From: a virus | DNA: 64,000 nucleotides | Strand: one strand, 5' to 3' | Virus record (IMG/VR): IMGVR_UViG_3300035701_000010 | Span: 33,657-97,656 of that record | Part shown: positions 44,408 through 54,111 of the stretch, one piece after another | How the letters are laid out: the number at the start of each line of letters is the position of its first letter | Position numbering within the stretch: position 1 is the first letter of the stretch | Program-made: the position numbers and the translations under genes | Notes under the pieces: generated by a model | Seen by the model: only the letters and a program-made list of their open reading frames with translations | What the model was told of the DNA's origin: nothing | The model's database searches: none

Positions 44408-45580
44408 ATGAAGAAAAACAAAAAGAAGATGGCTCAGTTGACCAAATATACGGCTGATAGATTCTTCAGCATAGTTTCTGTTGAAGATATTGTCGATCTT
44501 GATGATACGTCAGCGGTAGACATTGAGATGCTTCGAGTGGGTACGTTTAAGCACAAGGCGTATGGGGAATTGAAAATAACTGCTGAAATGCTCGAAGCGA
44601 TGGTTAAAAACTTTAACGATGAGGTAATTGGTAGAGAGGTTAGTTTTGATTGGAATCACAAGGCCGAAGAGGCTTCAGGTTGGCTCAAGGATCTAAAAGT
44701 AGAAGATGGTAAGTTGATTGGAACAACAGAACTTACCGACAAGGGAATTGGAAGTATTTCTGCAAAGGAATACGGCTATTTCAGCATTGAGTACAGTGAT
44801 AACTATGTTGATGCTGAAACGGGTGATGAGTATGGCCCTACAATCCTTGGTGGAGCTTTAACCAATCGACCTTTCATGACTAAACTGAAGAAAATCGAAT
44901 TTTCTTCTAAAGATGATGATGTTTCACTTTATCGGTTTGGAAAATCAGAAACTCAACAAGACGACGATGACGACGACGAGGAGGATAAATCAATGGAAGT
45001 TAAAGACAAAAAAGTTGTGGTAGAGGAGCCGATTGTGAGAACTCCTGTTAAAAAGGTTGAGGATGATGAGGGCGTCAAAAAGGCAGAGGCTGATAAGGAC
45101 GACAAGAAACTTATGGAATTCATCGACGAGCAGAAGAAAGAGATGAAGACCATGAAAGACAGCATTGTCGCTCTTCAGGAAGAAAACAAAGCCCTTCGCA
45201 ATGACAGCGATGCCAGCAAGGGTCATGCTCGCAAAATGGAAGTGCAGGTTATTTGCGAGAAACTTTTGAGGGACGATCATCATCATCCAGCGGTGGTGGC
45301 AATTGCCAAAGAGCTCATGCTCAATGATGGCGGAGCTAAATTGGTCAAGCTGACTGAGAAAAGTGGCGATAAAGAAGTGCAGGTGGAGTACACTCTGACA
45401 AAGGTCGTTGAAAAACTTCTGGAAGCTATTCCCGCTAGTCAGAGAGCAAATTACACAGAGAAAACTACAACTTCTTCTGAGAAGGAAGTTACAGAGGAAG
45501 ATCAGAAGAAGATGGAAGACAGGGCGATCGATAGAGCAAAGGCCAAAAAGGGTCTTAAGCTTGCCGTTAAGAATGGCTAG
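44408..45580 (+). CDS. Prohead protease with scaffold domain (Mu gpI-like)
   Basis: G.F, D.NH, ASGW, YFSIEY, GGALTNRPF, then an acidic/coiled-coil scaffold. Confidence 0.88.
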   Translation: MKKNKKKMAQLTKYTADRFFSIVSVEDIVDLDDTSAVDIEMLRVGTFKHKAYGELKITAEMLEAMVKNFNDEVIGREVSFDWNHKAEEASGWLKDLKVEDGKLIGTTELTDKGIGSISAKEYGYFSIEYSDNYVDAETGDEYGPTILGGALTNRPFMTKLKKIEFSSKDDDVSLYRFGKSETQQDDDDDDEEDKSMEVKDKKVVVEEPIVRTPVKKVEDDEGVKKAEADKDDKKLMEFIDEQKKEMKTMKDSIVALQEENKALRNDSDASKGHARKMEVQVICEKLLRDDHHHPAVVAIAKELMLNDGGAKLVKLTEKSGDKEVQVEYTLTKVVEKLLEAIPASQRANYTEKTTTSSEKEVTEEDQKKMEDRAIDRAKAKKGLKLAVKNG

Positions 45581-45590
45581 GAGTTAGGTA

Positions 45591-46148
45591 ATGTATCCTT
45601 CAAGTGGATTTGGTCGGCAATCTCAATATTATGATTCTGAGATTCTTCTAGATGGAACGTATCAGGTATCTTCTGTTATTATTGATTCGTCGTCTAGAGA
45701 TTTGACGAATGTTGCTGACCCGACCATTTTGAGAAAAGGGTTGCTCCTAGCGAAATCAACTGTTCTTGGTGGTAAGTATATTCCATTGGATACCTCTGAT
45801 GGATATCTTAATGGAGTAACTCCCACACAATTCATGCCTGATGTTGTGGTCTTAGCTAGAGAAGAACATATTCAATATGACTACATCATGGGATTGAGGC
45901 GAAGAAGAGTTATTCCGTTTGCTAATCGGGTTGTTCCTGTTTATTTCCACTGTCATATTTATGACACGAAGATTTATCATAACAACAGCGATTTAATCGC
46001 AATAACTGAAGATCAATGGATGCTTTGTCAAAGGATTACTCTGGTGAGTATTAATATGTATAAATTTGTTCCGTCAGATACCACAATAAGATCTTTGTTG
46101 TGGAATCTTGGTGAAGAAACAATTTTGACAGATACTGACATCAACTAG
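45591..46148 (+). CDS. Head decoration protein, paralog 1
   Basis: Between scaffold and MCP; shares SEIL..G, KG.L, NG.TPTQFM.D.VVLA with the next gene. Confidence 0.6.
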   Translation: MYPSSGFGRQSQYYDSEILLDGTYQVSSVIIDSSSRDLTNVADPTILRKGLLLAKSTVLGGKYIPLDTSDGYLNGVTPTQFMPDVVVLAREEHIQYDYIMGLRRRRVIPFANRVVPVYFHCHIYDTKIYHNNSDLIAITEDQWMLCQRITLVSINMYKFVPSDTTIRSLLWNLGEETILTDTDIN

Positions 46149-46161
46149 GAGGTATTAAATT

Positions 46162-46605
46162 ATGAAGCCGGGATATGTGTTTCAAACTGGTCAGTTCGAA
46201 AGTGAAATTCTTGCCAGCGGTGATTTTCAGCTGGTGAGTATTACTCTTGACTCTTTGGCGAGATATGCCCCTGCGGTCTACACTGACGGTTCCAATACAA
46301 AGATTATTCCTAAAGGAACGCTTGTTACGAAGGATACTGATCTTTCAGATGGGACCTATTTGCCGATCAATACTCGGGCAAGCTTCAACGATCTTAACGG
46401 TACGCCCACTCAGTTTATGAAGGATGCGGTGGTGTTGGCTGAGTCTGTGGACGTTTCAAACGGAGATGTGGTGGTCAAGGCGTATTGGGCTGGAACATTC
46501 AAGTGGACCAAGATCAGATACAACTACATGGGCACAACGACAATCACGTTGGCTCAGTGTGCAGCGTGTCAAAGACTGAAATTCATTGATGGTCCTTCTG
46601 CGTAA
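46162..46605 (+). CDS. Head decoration protein, paralog 2
   Basis: IPKGTLV...G.Y.P...VVLAESVDVS.GD typical of gpD-like decoration proteins. Confidence 0.7.
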   Translation: MKPGYVFQTGQFESEILASGDFQLVSITLDSLARYAPAVYTDGSNTKIIPKGTLVTKDTDLSDGTYLPINTRASFNDLNGTPTQFMKDAVVLAESVDVSNGDVVVKAYWAGTFKWTKIRYNYMGTTTITLAQCAACQRLKFIDGPSA

Positions 46606-46636
46606 TTATGATGAGCGGTAGTGATTAGCCATTGCT

Positions 46637-46774
46637 ATGAGATATGTTTCCAAAAAAACTAAGGAAAAGATTTCTAAATCACTTAAGAAATTTTTCCTTG
46701 AGAATCCAGAACGGAGACATTTTGGAAATAAATCGAATAGAGGTAAAAGATATAACTTTTTCTATTTGGTCTGA
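46637..46774 (+). pseudogene. NUMOD3-like homing endonuclease remnant
   Basis: MRYVSKKTKEKISKSLKK; only 45 aa. Confidence 0.4.
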
Positions 46775-46829
46775 AGATCAGGTATTTAAACATAAAATAA
46801 GAAGGCCAATAAATTAGGAGGTAGTAAAT

Positions 46830-48068
46830 ATGGACGCTTTGGTAAATAATCCTCTTCTACAGCCCCGATATTTGATGAAAGTGATCGACGATATACCAGC
46901 CCTCACAAATGTCTATCGTGGACAGGAAATGTTCCCACTTACAACTCAGCCCGGACCTCGGGTTGAATGGGATATCAGACGCCCTCTCGGTGGAATGACG
47001 CAAGCGGTGGCTCGTGGTGCTGAGTCTCCTGTTATCCATCGGAGGGGAGTCGGTCAGGCGGCATTTGAGCCTGCCCATTTCCGTGAAAAAGTAATTCTTG
47101 GCGAGTCTGATGTTACGACTCTTAGAAAACTCGGCACATGGGAACAGAGAGAAACCGCCGCTGAGATGATCGCAGGCATCATGCTCGATCTTAACTCTCG
47201 TCTCGAAACTCGTATTGAGTGGATGAGATGGCAGCCAGTGGTGAACAATGCTCTGACCATTAACGAAAACAAGGTTCAGTTTACCGTGAATTACAACATG
47301 CCCACAAGACAGAGGCCGACGGCTTCTCCGTTGTGGTCTGTGTACGCCACGGCTGATCCGATTAACGATATTCAGACATGGCTTCGGTTGGCCAGAGGGT
47401 CTGGTGGTGTTCCTAAGAAATTTTGGTTTAGCTCGTTGGTTGAGCTTCACCTGTTCAGGAATGCTAGAATTTTGAGTCTCATCGACCGTATTTTCCATTC
47501 TGCTAATGTGGGTTTGATTAGCAAGGAAATTTTGTCAACCATTATGAAAACCTACATCGGGAACTATGAGTATGAGGTTTACGATGCGGGTTATAATCTG
47601 ATCACCTATACGGCGGCTGCTCAAGCCGCTGGTGGGGTCACCACGTTGGCAGTGGACGACGCAACAGGGTATGCGACTGGCGATGTCGTTCAGATTTCAG
47701 CGGCCGATGAGAGTGCTGAGGAAAATATGACTGTCCTTAGCGTTTCTGGCAACACGATTAACTTTACGGGTTCGACGGTTACGGGCACCTATCCTGCCAA
47801 TAGTATGATCAGGTGTTACAAGACCTTCCTTCCTGACAATGTCTTCATCATCGAAATGTCATTTCCCGCTGGGTCTGGTACGGTGGGTGAGGTTATTAGC
47901 GTGGATGCGGTTTACGGGGCTGGAAATCTTATGAATCCAGTTCCTGGAAAATTTGCTGAAACGATTTTCCTCATGAAAGATCCTAAACAGATCGAGATCA
48001 TTTGCGGGATTAACGCTCTTCCTGTTCTTTATCGGAAGAGAGGGTTTGTAACAGCGACTATCGCGTAA
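46830..48068 (+). CDS. Major capsid protein (lambda gpE-like family)
   Basis: V.RGAESP, FREK, RIEWMRWQ, W....ADPINDI motifs; strong RBS; insertion domain at about aa 260-328. Confidence 0.9.
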   Translation: MDALVNNPLLQPRYLMKVIDDIPALTNVYRGQEMFPLTTQPGPRVEWDIRRPLGGMTQAVARGAESPVIHRRGVGQAAFEPAHFREKVILGESDVTTLRKLGTWEQRETAAEMIAGIMLDLNSRLETRIEWMRWQPVVNNALTINENKVQFTVNYNMPTRQRPTASPLWSVYATADPINDIQTWLRLARGSGGVPKKFWFSSLVELHLFRNARILSLIDRIFHSANVGLISKEILSTIMKTYIGNYEYEVYDAGYNLITYTAAAQAAGGVTTLAVDDATGYATGDVVQISAADESAEENMTVLSVSGNTINFTGSTVTGTYPANSMIRCYKTFLPDNVFIIEMSFPAGSGTVGEVISVDAVYGAGNLMNPVPGKFAETIFLMKDPKQIEIICGINALPVLYRKRGFVTATIA

Positions 48069-48137
48069 TTATCTAGGTTTGGCTAAACCTACAACATTTA
48101 TATTCCTTGCGACGTACAGAGTAGAAAAGGAGGGCGT

Positions 48138-48500
48138 ATGAGCACAAAAGGTAGATCGGTAATGATTCTGTTTCCGGGACTTACTCATGCTGGCAAGCTG
48201 TATGATTATGGAGATATAGAAAAAGATCCTGATGATTTCCTTCTAAGTGCTGCCAGTAGTAAGGAAACCATGTTCCATAGAGATAGTAACAAACAAGTCA
48301 GGATGTGCAAGTTTGTCGGCAGTGACACAAGAGTTCCTGAAACGGATGTTGAAATTGATGACGTTGTAGACGATTTGGAAGACATGATGGGGCCAGAACT
48401 TGAACTTCTGGCCATATCATCCGGTCTTCAAAAGAAGAAAACTAAAGAGCTTGACAAGAAACAATTGAAAAAAGTTATCAGGTTTTTTAGGAGGCTTTAA
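48138..48500 (+). CDS. Hypothetical protein after MCP
   Basis: RBS and gene order. Confidence 0.6.
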   Translation: MSTKGRSVMILFPGLTHAGKLYDYGDIEKDPDDFLLSAASSKETMFHRDSNKQVRMCKFVGSDTRVPETDVEIDDVVDDLEDMMGPELELLAISSGLQKKKTKELDKKQLKKVIRFFRRL

Positions 48501-49327
48501 TGGGCTATTGTACGGTAGATGATGTAAAGCGACTTCTTCGGATTTTGGACAGTTCGACGAATAACCAGTATAAGGTTCGCTTGTCTGATTCCCATACGGT
48601 TCCAGAATCCTTTGATACCAATCAAGGGACTGGAACCTTTTTGGGAGTTACTCAGATTAGGGATGATTATGCTGGAAGCGAGATGTGGCATGTTAAATTT
48701 TCCGATGGAAGTCGCTTTCTTCTCTACCGTGGAGACGGGCAGTTAAGTTGTGATGGAACAGGAAATATTTATCATGACTTTACTTCTTTGTCTACCAATA
48801 TTATAATCTTTAAAGATCGATGGGCTGGAACCTTCTTGGCTGATGATCGATTTAAATTTAGAACTGACTCAAACATTTCTATTGACGATACCATTGAATT
48901 TATCGATGACAGTGAAGTAATCATCGACAATATGTTGAATAAGTTTATTGAGAATACGGATCCGATGGAACCTATGTTTACGGAGGAAAATGCTCCGAGA
49001 GCAATTAGAAAAGCATCGGCTTACATCACCGCCAATTTGGTTTTTACTTCGGCGTTTTCAACCGTATCTACAGAAAACGTTCCTACTCTAGTTAGAAGAT
49101 GGTATAATCTAGGAAACAATCTGGTTGAGCAATTCTTGCAAACCATTTATGGCAAAGGGCTTCAGAAATTCATTGGATACCCTAGATTTGTTTCAAGACA
49201 ACCTTTGTTTACCAAAGTGGGGATACAAGAAACGGCTGGCATTGATAGTTCTCCAGGAGAAGTGGAGGCTCAAAACGTTGAGTACGATCGCGATTTCAAT
49301 ACTAAAGAATCGGTTGGAGCAGATTAA
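48500..49327 (+). CDS. Head-tail adaptor/connector
   Basis: MGYCTVDDVKR...FIDDSEVIID..L...P.AIRKASAYITA (gp36/gp6-like) with an insertion. Confidence 0.7.
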   Translation: MGYCTVDDVKRLLRILDSSTNNQYKVRLSDSHTVPESFDTNQGTGTFLGVTQIRDDYAGSEMWHVKFSDGSRFLLYRGDGQLSCDGTGNIYHDFTSLSTNIIIFKDRWAGTFLADDRFKFRTDSNISIDDTIEFIDDSEVIIDNMLNKFIENTDPMEPMFTEENAPRAIRKASAYITANLVFTSAFSTVSTENVPTLVRRWYNLGNNLVEQFLQTIYGKGLQKFIGYPRFVSRQPLFTKVGIQETAGIDSSPGEVEAQNVEYDRDFNTKESVGAD

Positions 49328-50892
49328 TGGTTAAAAGATATCAAGGCAGGGGATATAAATCTGAATATATTCCAGAGAAAGAAATTGAGAAACCCATAGA
49401 GGTCGATAAGGGTCGTTCTGAACTTGTTGTTAGTCTTAATGATGTTAATGTTTCTGATGATTTTCATGAATATGTAAAAACTCCTGAGGAAATATTGTTA
49501 GAACAAGAGGCCGAGGAACAAGGTCAACCTGAGGGCGGAGCCGATTTAAAAAGGATTGAAGCAGCGTTTGTTGGAAAAACCCCTGTTGAAAGAAAATCTA
49601 TGGCTGAAGAAATTGTTTCTCATATGGAATCTATGGGGTTTCATGGTGTTCGTGAAGATCGTTTAGTTGGGATTGCTCAAGTATTAGAGACGACCATTAG
49701 AGAAGCTTTTCCTAACAAAGAATCTGCATACCTTAAAAAGACTGAAGCGTTTAGCGCCACATGTGAATTAGATTTAACTGACGTGAATCTTTTTATTGAA
49801 AAGATGAGAAAAATTCAGCCATTGGACAAGGAAGATTTAGGGCATATTGCGAAAATCGTTTTTGGCAATAGAATTGCTTTGGATGGAATTCATGGCATTG
49901 TCAACGATTTCTTGACAGATCAGATAGAACAGTTGAAAAAGGTTAGTACAAGTGTGTCAACAAGTTATTACAAGCATCTTCTTTTTCTTACAAAACTTTT
50001 CAGTAATTTAGCTTCTGAAATTTCATCAATCATTAATGTCGTATCTATAAACAGGCAACATCACAATCCGGATCTTTTTAAAGCTTTTATCTTAGAGAAT
50101 AAAGACTTTTTTCTTAGTCGGTTAGGAGAAAGGGAAGATCTAGGTGAGTTTGCTTCATTTTTATACGATGAAGAGCAAAGAAAGGGAGAAGAGAGAAGAT
50201 CTAAATTGTCAATTATGGCTCATGGGTTTTTTGAAAAATCCGTTGGCCTAATTGATGAAATTCTTGAAACATTGTTCGCTTTAACTCGTTCAATAGATAG
50301 ATTGTCAAGCGAGTTACAACGGTTTATTAGTGGTGGAGATATTTCTAGATTTTTTGAATATCAACAAGAATTATCTCTAGCGGCAGAATCTGTTCAGAGT
50401 CAATGTACGAATACAATCAGTCATCTTGAAGATTTTTTAAAAGAAACGTTTTGGCTAGGGAAAATACTTCCACCAGGAGTTGCAGGATTTGGTTCTGGTT
50501 CTATTTCTCAAGGGGGCTTGTTGGTTGGAGTATTGGCAATGCTAAGGTCTGTTCATGGCCAGATGCATGTGGTTAGAAATTTTAGGGCTTACAAGATTGT
50601 TGGTGAGTCAGATTGGGAAACGCTAAAAAAAGAGTTGGATAGAAAAAGCAATAAACTTTCTTCTGTTGAAATGATTGGTTCTAAATACTCCAAAGAAGGA
50701 CCAGATTCTGCGTCATATATGCTTTATTTGGCCAAAGAGTTCACGCAAGGGTTATCCGATTACGGGTTTAGTTCGGAACAGATAGATGGAATTCGTGGGG
50801 TTGTGAGCAATGAATTTTTTGACCGAGCAGGAATTGATTCTGAAATTACCAACACAGTTGCTGATATGATTAGGGAGCATTTACAGAGTTAG
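49327..50892 (+). CDS. Large hypothetical neck-region protein
   Basis: 521 aa, coupled to the adaptor. Confidence 0.6.
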   Translation: MVKRYQGRGYKSEYIPEKEIEKPIEVDKGRSELVVSLNDVNVSDDFHEYVKTPEEILLEQEAEEQGQPEGGADLKRIEAAFVGKTPVERKSMAEEIVSHMESMGFHGVREDRLVGIAQVLETTIREAFPNKESAYLKKTEAFSATCELDLTDVNLFIEKMRKIQPLDKEDLGHIAKIVFGNRIALDGIHGIVNDFLTDQIEQLKKVSTSVSTSYYKHLLFLTKLFSNLASEISSIINVVSINRQHHNPDLFKAFILENKDFFLSRLGEREDLGEFASFLYDEEQRKGEERRSKLSIMAHGFFEKSVGLIDEILETLFALTRSIDRLSSELQRFISGGDISRFFEYQQELSLAAESVQSQCTNTISHLEDFLKETFWLGKILPPGVAGFGSGSISQGGLLVGVLAMLRSVHGQMHVVRNFRAYKIVGESDWETLKKELDRKSNKLSSVEMIGSKYSKEGPDSASYMLYLAKEFTQGLSDYGFSSEQIDGIRGVVSNEFFDRAGIDSEITNTVADMIREHLQS

Positions 50893-50893
50893 T

Positions 50894-51355
50894 ATGACTA
50901 TTCAATCTAATAATCTAGTTGATGAGTTTATTGCCAATTCAGCGGCTATTTTTTCTCCTTATTTTAAAGAGTTGGGTCTTAAAGAAGTATTTAAGGATGA
51001 TGTGCTCTTGATACCGACTATGCCTTCGTTGGCCATCTCCTGTACTTCCTTTTGGAGTGATTTAAAAACGATTGGCAGTACGAATGTGCGTTATGAATTC
51101 AGTTTTATAGGAAATCTTTGGTACTACCATTCCGCTCTTAACGAAGATTTGCATGTCAACTTAATTATGCGGAATGCCTATAGAATTGCGGAGCATGTGA
51201 TCAAGAATGCTTCGTTAAATGGGTGGCTTGTGAATACCAGAGCAACGGTGCGGTCTTGTGCTTTTATGCCTCGTAGGAGATCTGGGACGATCTTGGCAGC
51301 CGCTCGGATTACTTACATGGCACCGAATCAGCTAAGAGTAGATCAAATTTCTTAG
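50894..51355 (+). CDS. Putative tail terminator
   Basis: Size, position before the tail tube, P.MPSLAI and NASLNG motifs. Confidence 0.55.
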   Translation: MTIQSNNLVDEFIANSAAIFSPYFKELGLKEVFKDDVLLIPTMPSLAISCTSFWSDLKTIGSTNVRYEFSFIGNLWYYHSALNEDLHVNLIMRNAYRIAEHVIKNASLNGWLVNTRATVRSCAFMPRRRSGTILAAARITYMAPNQLRVDQIS

Positions 51356-51404
51356 CCTGTTGTGTACGTCGCAAGGAATATTTTGATTAACAGGAGGATT
51401 TCAA

Positions 51405-53435
51405 ATGGTTAAGACGATTGGACCGGCAGTAGGGAGTAAAGGTCAGGTTGCCTTTAAAGAAGAGTCTAAATGGGGATTTCCATGTTCCCCTCCAGACAAG
51501 TTTGTTGAATTCACGAGTGAAGGAGTGGCAAGCGAATTTACCAATTTGGTGAGCGCTTCTCTTCGTTCGGATCGTGCCGTTCATAAACAAAGAACGGGAA
51601 CAGAAACAGCTGGTGGGGATGTAAACATGGAATTTGGTCCGGAAGGAATTGAGACTTGGCTGAAACATGCCTTGGGCAAAAAACGGACCAAACGAAAAGA
51701 CGTTGCGATGGTTCTGGTCTTCACGGGAGCCGGAGCAAATGTGTATGTGGATATAAGCGCTACCAAAATGACTTCGGTCGGGGTGACCGGCGGTGGCAAT
51801 CTTGATATCACTTTTGGAAACGGCCAGACGATGACCAACTTGATTACCTTGGTGGATGGTTCTTCAAAATGGAATGCGTATGCCCCTTGGGGAACCGGCG
51901 CTAACGGGTATTTTGGTCTTCCTGCGGCGTCTGCCAAGACAACTGCTGTGAAGCTTTATGGGTCAGCAGATTTTGATGGGACTGGAACCGTGTGCAAAAC
52001 GTCTGGTGGCGTTCTGAATCTAGAGACGTTATCGCATGTTCCGATCAAACCTTCAACCAATGCCGATCGGGCCTTTTTGCCGATTTTTTTCAAGTATGGG
52101 ATTTACGAGCACACGCTTGATGCGGCTCCGACCTTGCCTGAGGGGATGAGTCTCGAGATCGGACGAGATGTGGCCGCATTTAACTATTACGGGTGCAAGG
52201 TGAATAGTGTGGCCTTGACTCTGAACCCAAGTGAAATCGCTACAGCGACCTTCAATGTGATGTCTAAGGGAGCCAGCACTTGTGGGGATCCAGCGACTTT
52301 CGGAACCAATACGGGATGGGCGAATCCTTTTCTTGCATTGCGATATGCAGGAAGCGCTGCAAATGCGTACACCGAAATCAACATCGATGGTTCAAGGGAT
52401 ATGTTCCACTTCGAAATGGGAGCAGCGGGAACTGAGCTTGAGTATTCTTTCCCGTTTACGAGAGGAACCTGTACGCATGATGGGTTCTACTATGATGTAA
52501 CCACTCTGAAAGGGTTTATCGAGTTCCTGGATCATGATGGATATTTCTCCATGACTCGGAAATCTGGATACAATCCGAGTATGATTTCCAATACGACGGT
52601 TGGCGGCCTTGCTGATTTTGCTCGAACACAGTTGTTGGCGACCGCTGATCAAACCTGGAATTTGACTGCCAATCCAGCGATTACTCCGTTGGTTCGCGGT
52701 AACTACATCGGGAGTGATGTCGGAGAAAGTGTTTCGATTTATATTGACATCACAACGGTTGGAGCCACCAATGGAACGGCAGGGTTCAAGGGGTCCAATA
52801 ACAATTCAACATGGAGTCTTGAACAGAAGATTACCAGTGGCATTTGGTATACTATTAAGTTTAACGCCGAAGTTGATTCAGGTTTTCAAGTCATGTGGCC
52901 TGAAAGTTCAACTCAAACGTTGGGCGATACTTGGGTATTCACCAGTTTTAAGGATGAAAAAGCTGGAGCAACCTTCCCCGTGAGCGAACCGTTTACTGGA
53001 TTCCAAGGAGCGGTAACGATTGACGGGGTGGCTCAGGGAATCATGAGTTTGAATTTTACCCTGACCAACAACCTTTTTGGCGACAAATTTGAGCTCGGGG
53101 ATCGCCAGAGGGCGGCTTTGATTGAGCAACGGAGAACGACAGAAGGAACCATTAACACAGAGTTTGACAACCTTGATCTGTATCGAAAGTTTGTCAACGG
53201 CACGTCTGGGAACTTGGTGGTTTCGTTGATCTCTGATCAGTATGTGAATGCGGCTCATGGGACTAAGTTTAGCTTTACGGTAAGGCTTCCCAACATCAAA
53301 TTCTCTGGAGCTACGCCGGTGATTGGGGGTGCGGACATTATCACGACAGATTTCCCGTTTAATGCGCTGTATGATGATGTCAACGTAGTTCCTGATCTTA
53401 GAATCACGATTGTAAACAGTCAGGCATACGTTTAG
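51405..53435 (+). CDS. Major tail tube protein with accessory insertions
   Basis: KEESKWG, FTSE, AGGDV..E, Y.GCKVNS..L, F.LTNNL, R..EGTI..EF, F.V.LPNIKF; 676 aa. Confidence 0.85.
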   Translation: MVKTIGPAVGSKGQVAFKEESKWGFPCSPPDKFVEFTSEGVASEFTNLVSASLRSDRAVHKQRTGTETAGGDVNMEFGPEGIETWLKHALGKKRTKRKDVAMVLVFTGAGANVYVDISATKMTSVGVTGGGNLDITFGNGQTMTNLITLVDGSSKWNAYAPWGTGANGYFGLPAASAKTTAVKLYGSADFDGTGTVCKTSGGVLNLETLSHVPIKPSTNADRAFLPIFFKYGIYEHTLDAAPTLPEGMSLEIGRDVAAFNYYGCKVNSVALTLNPSEIATATFNVMSKGASTCGDPATFGTNTGWANPFLALRYAGSAANAYTEINIDGSRDMFHFEMGAAGTELEYSFPFTRGTCTHDGFYYDVTTLKGFIEFLDHDGYFSMTRKSGYNPSMISNTTVGGLADFARTQLLATADQTWNLTANPAITPLVRGNYIGSDVGESVSIYIDITTVGATNGTAGFKGSNNNSTWSLEQKITSGIWYTIKFNAEVDSGFQVMWPESSTQTLGDTWVFTSFKDEKAGATFPVSEPFTGFQGAVTIDGVAQGIMSLNFTLTNNLFGDKFELGDRQRAALIEQRRTTEGTINTEFDNLDLYRKFVNGTSGNLVVSLISDQYVNAAHGTKFSFTVRLPNIKFSGATPVIGGADIITTDFPFNALYDDVNVVPDLRITIVNSQAYV

Positions 53436-53452
53436 CCTGATCGATTAAGAGG

Positions 53453-53486
53453 GGAAGGGTCACTCAAGTATCGTGTGACCCTTCCT
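53453..53486 (+). terminator. Hairpin/terminator after the tail tube gene
   Basis: GGAAGGGTCAC-N11-GTGACCCTTCC. Confidence 0.55.
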
Positions 53487-53745
53487 TATCTAAAAGATGG
53501 AAACTCAAACAACATTCTTAATTGCGATTCTTTCTACCTGTCTTCTTTTAGACAGGAGGGCGTTGCAAGGGCTGGTGAGCTTATTCTGGTTTCCTTATCG
53601 GGTATGGCTAAAAGGGTTGGTACGGGCATTATTTCTTTTGTCGAAGATACAATTCTGTAGGTCTCGATGGGAGACTGGATACTTATATAAGCTGTATCTT
53701 AAAGCCGTATTACGGCTATTAAAAACGAAGGAGGTAGAAGAAGCG

Positions 53746-54096
53746 ATGAAAGGAATTAGAACAGACAAACCAGTGGAGTATGTGTGCAAGTGCGATCGTG
53801 ACTTGCCAAAAGATTCTCAAACCATTTTCGTGGTGAAGCTTTTGACGCCAGAGGAACAAGCCAAGCATAGAGATCAAATGTATAGCGTCAAAGGGATTGG
53901 GGCACAGAGGAAAGAGCAATTTCTAACCGGCACCGTATCACTCGATGCGTTGAGAATGGGATTGAAGGGGTGGAAAAATTTCAAGTTCGAGGATGGAGAA
54001 GAAATTCAATTCAAGGATGAGAATCTTGCCTGTATCCCTTCAACGCAAAGAGATGAATTGGCCAATTACATCAGAGGGGCTGAAGAAGAGATTTAA
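53746..54096 (+). CDS. Tail assembly chaperone (G-like)
   Basis: Start at ATG 53746 (AAGGAGGT); LKGWKNFK.EDGEEI.F motif; lies between tube and TMP. Confidence 0.75.
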   Translation: MKGIRTDKPVEYVCKCDRDLPKDSQTIFVVKLLTPEEQAKHRDQMYSVKGIGAQRKEQFLTGTVSLDALRMGLKGWKNFKFEDGEEIQFKDENLACIPSTQRDELANYIRGAEEEI

Positions 54097-54111
54097 CGTG
54101 GGCTCTTTGGA

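Noticed and set aside
53497-53745. 83-aa N-terminal extension of the tail chaperone in the ORF track
   Set aside because: A strong SD precedes ATG 53746, and homology to the paralog begins there.
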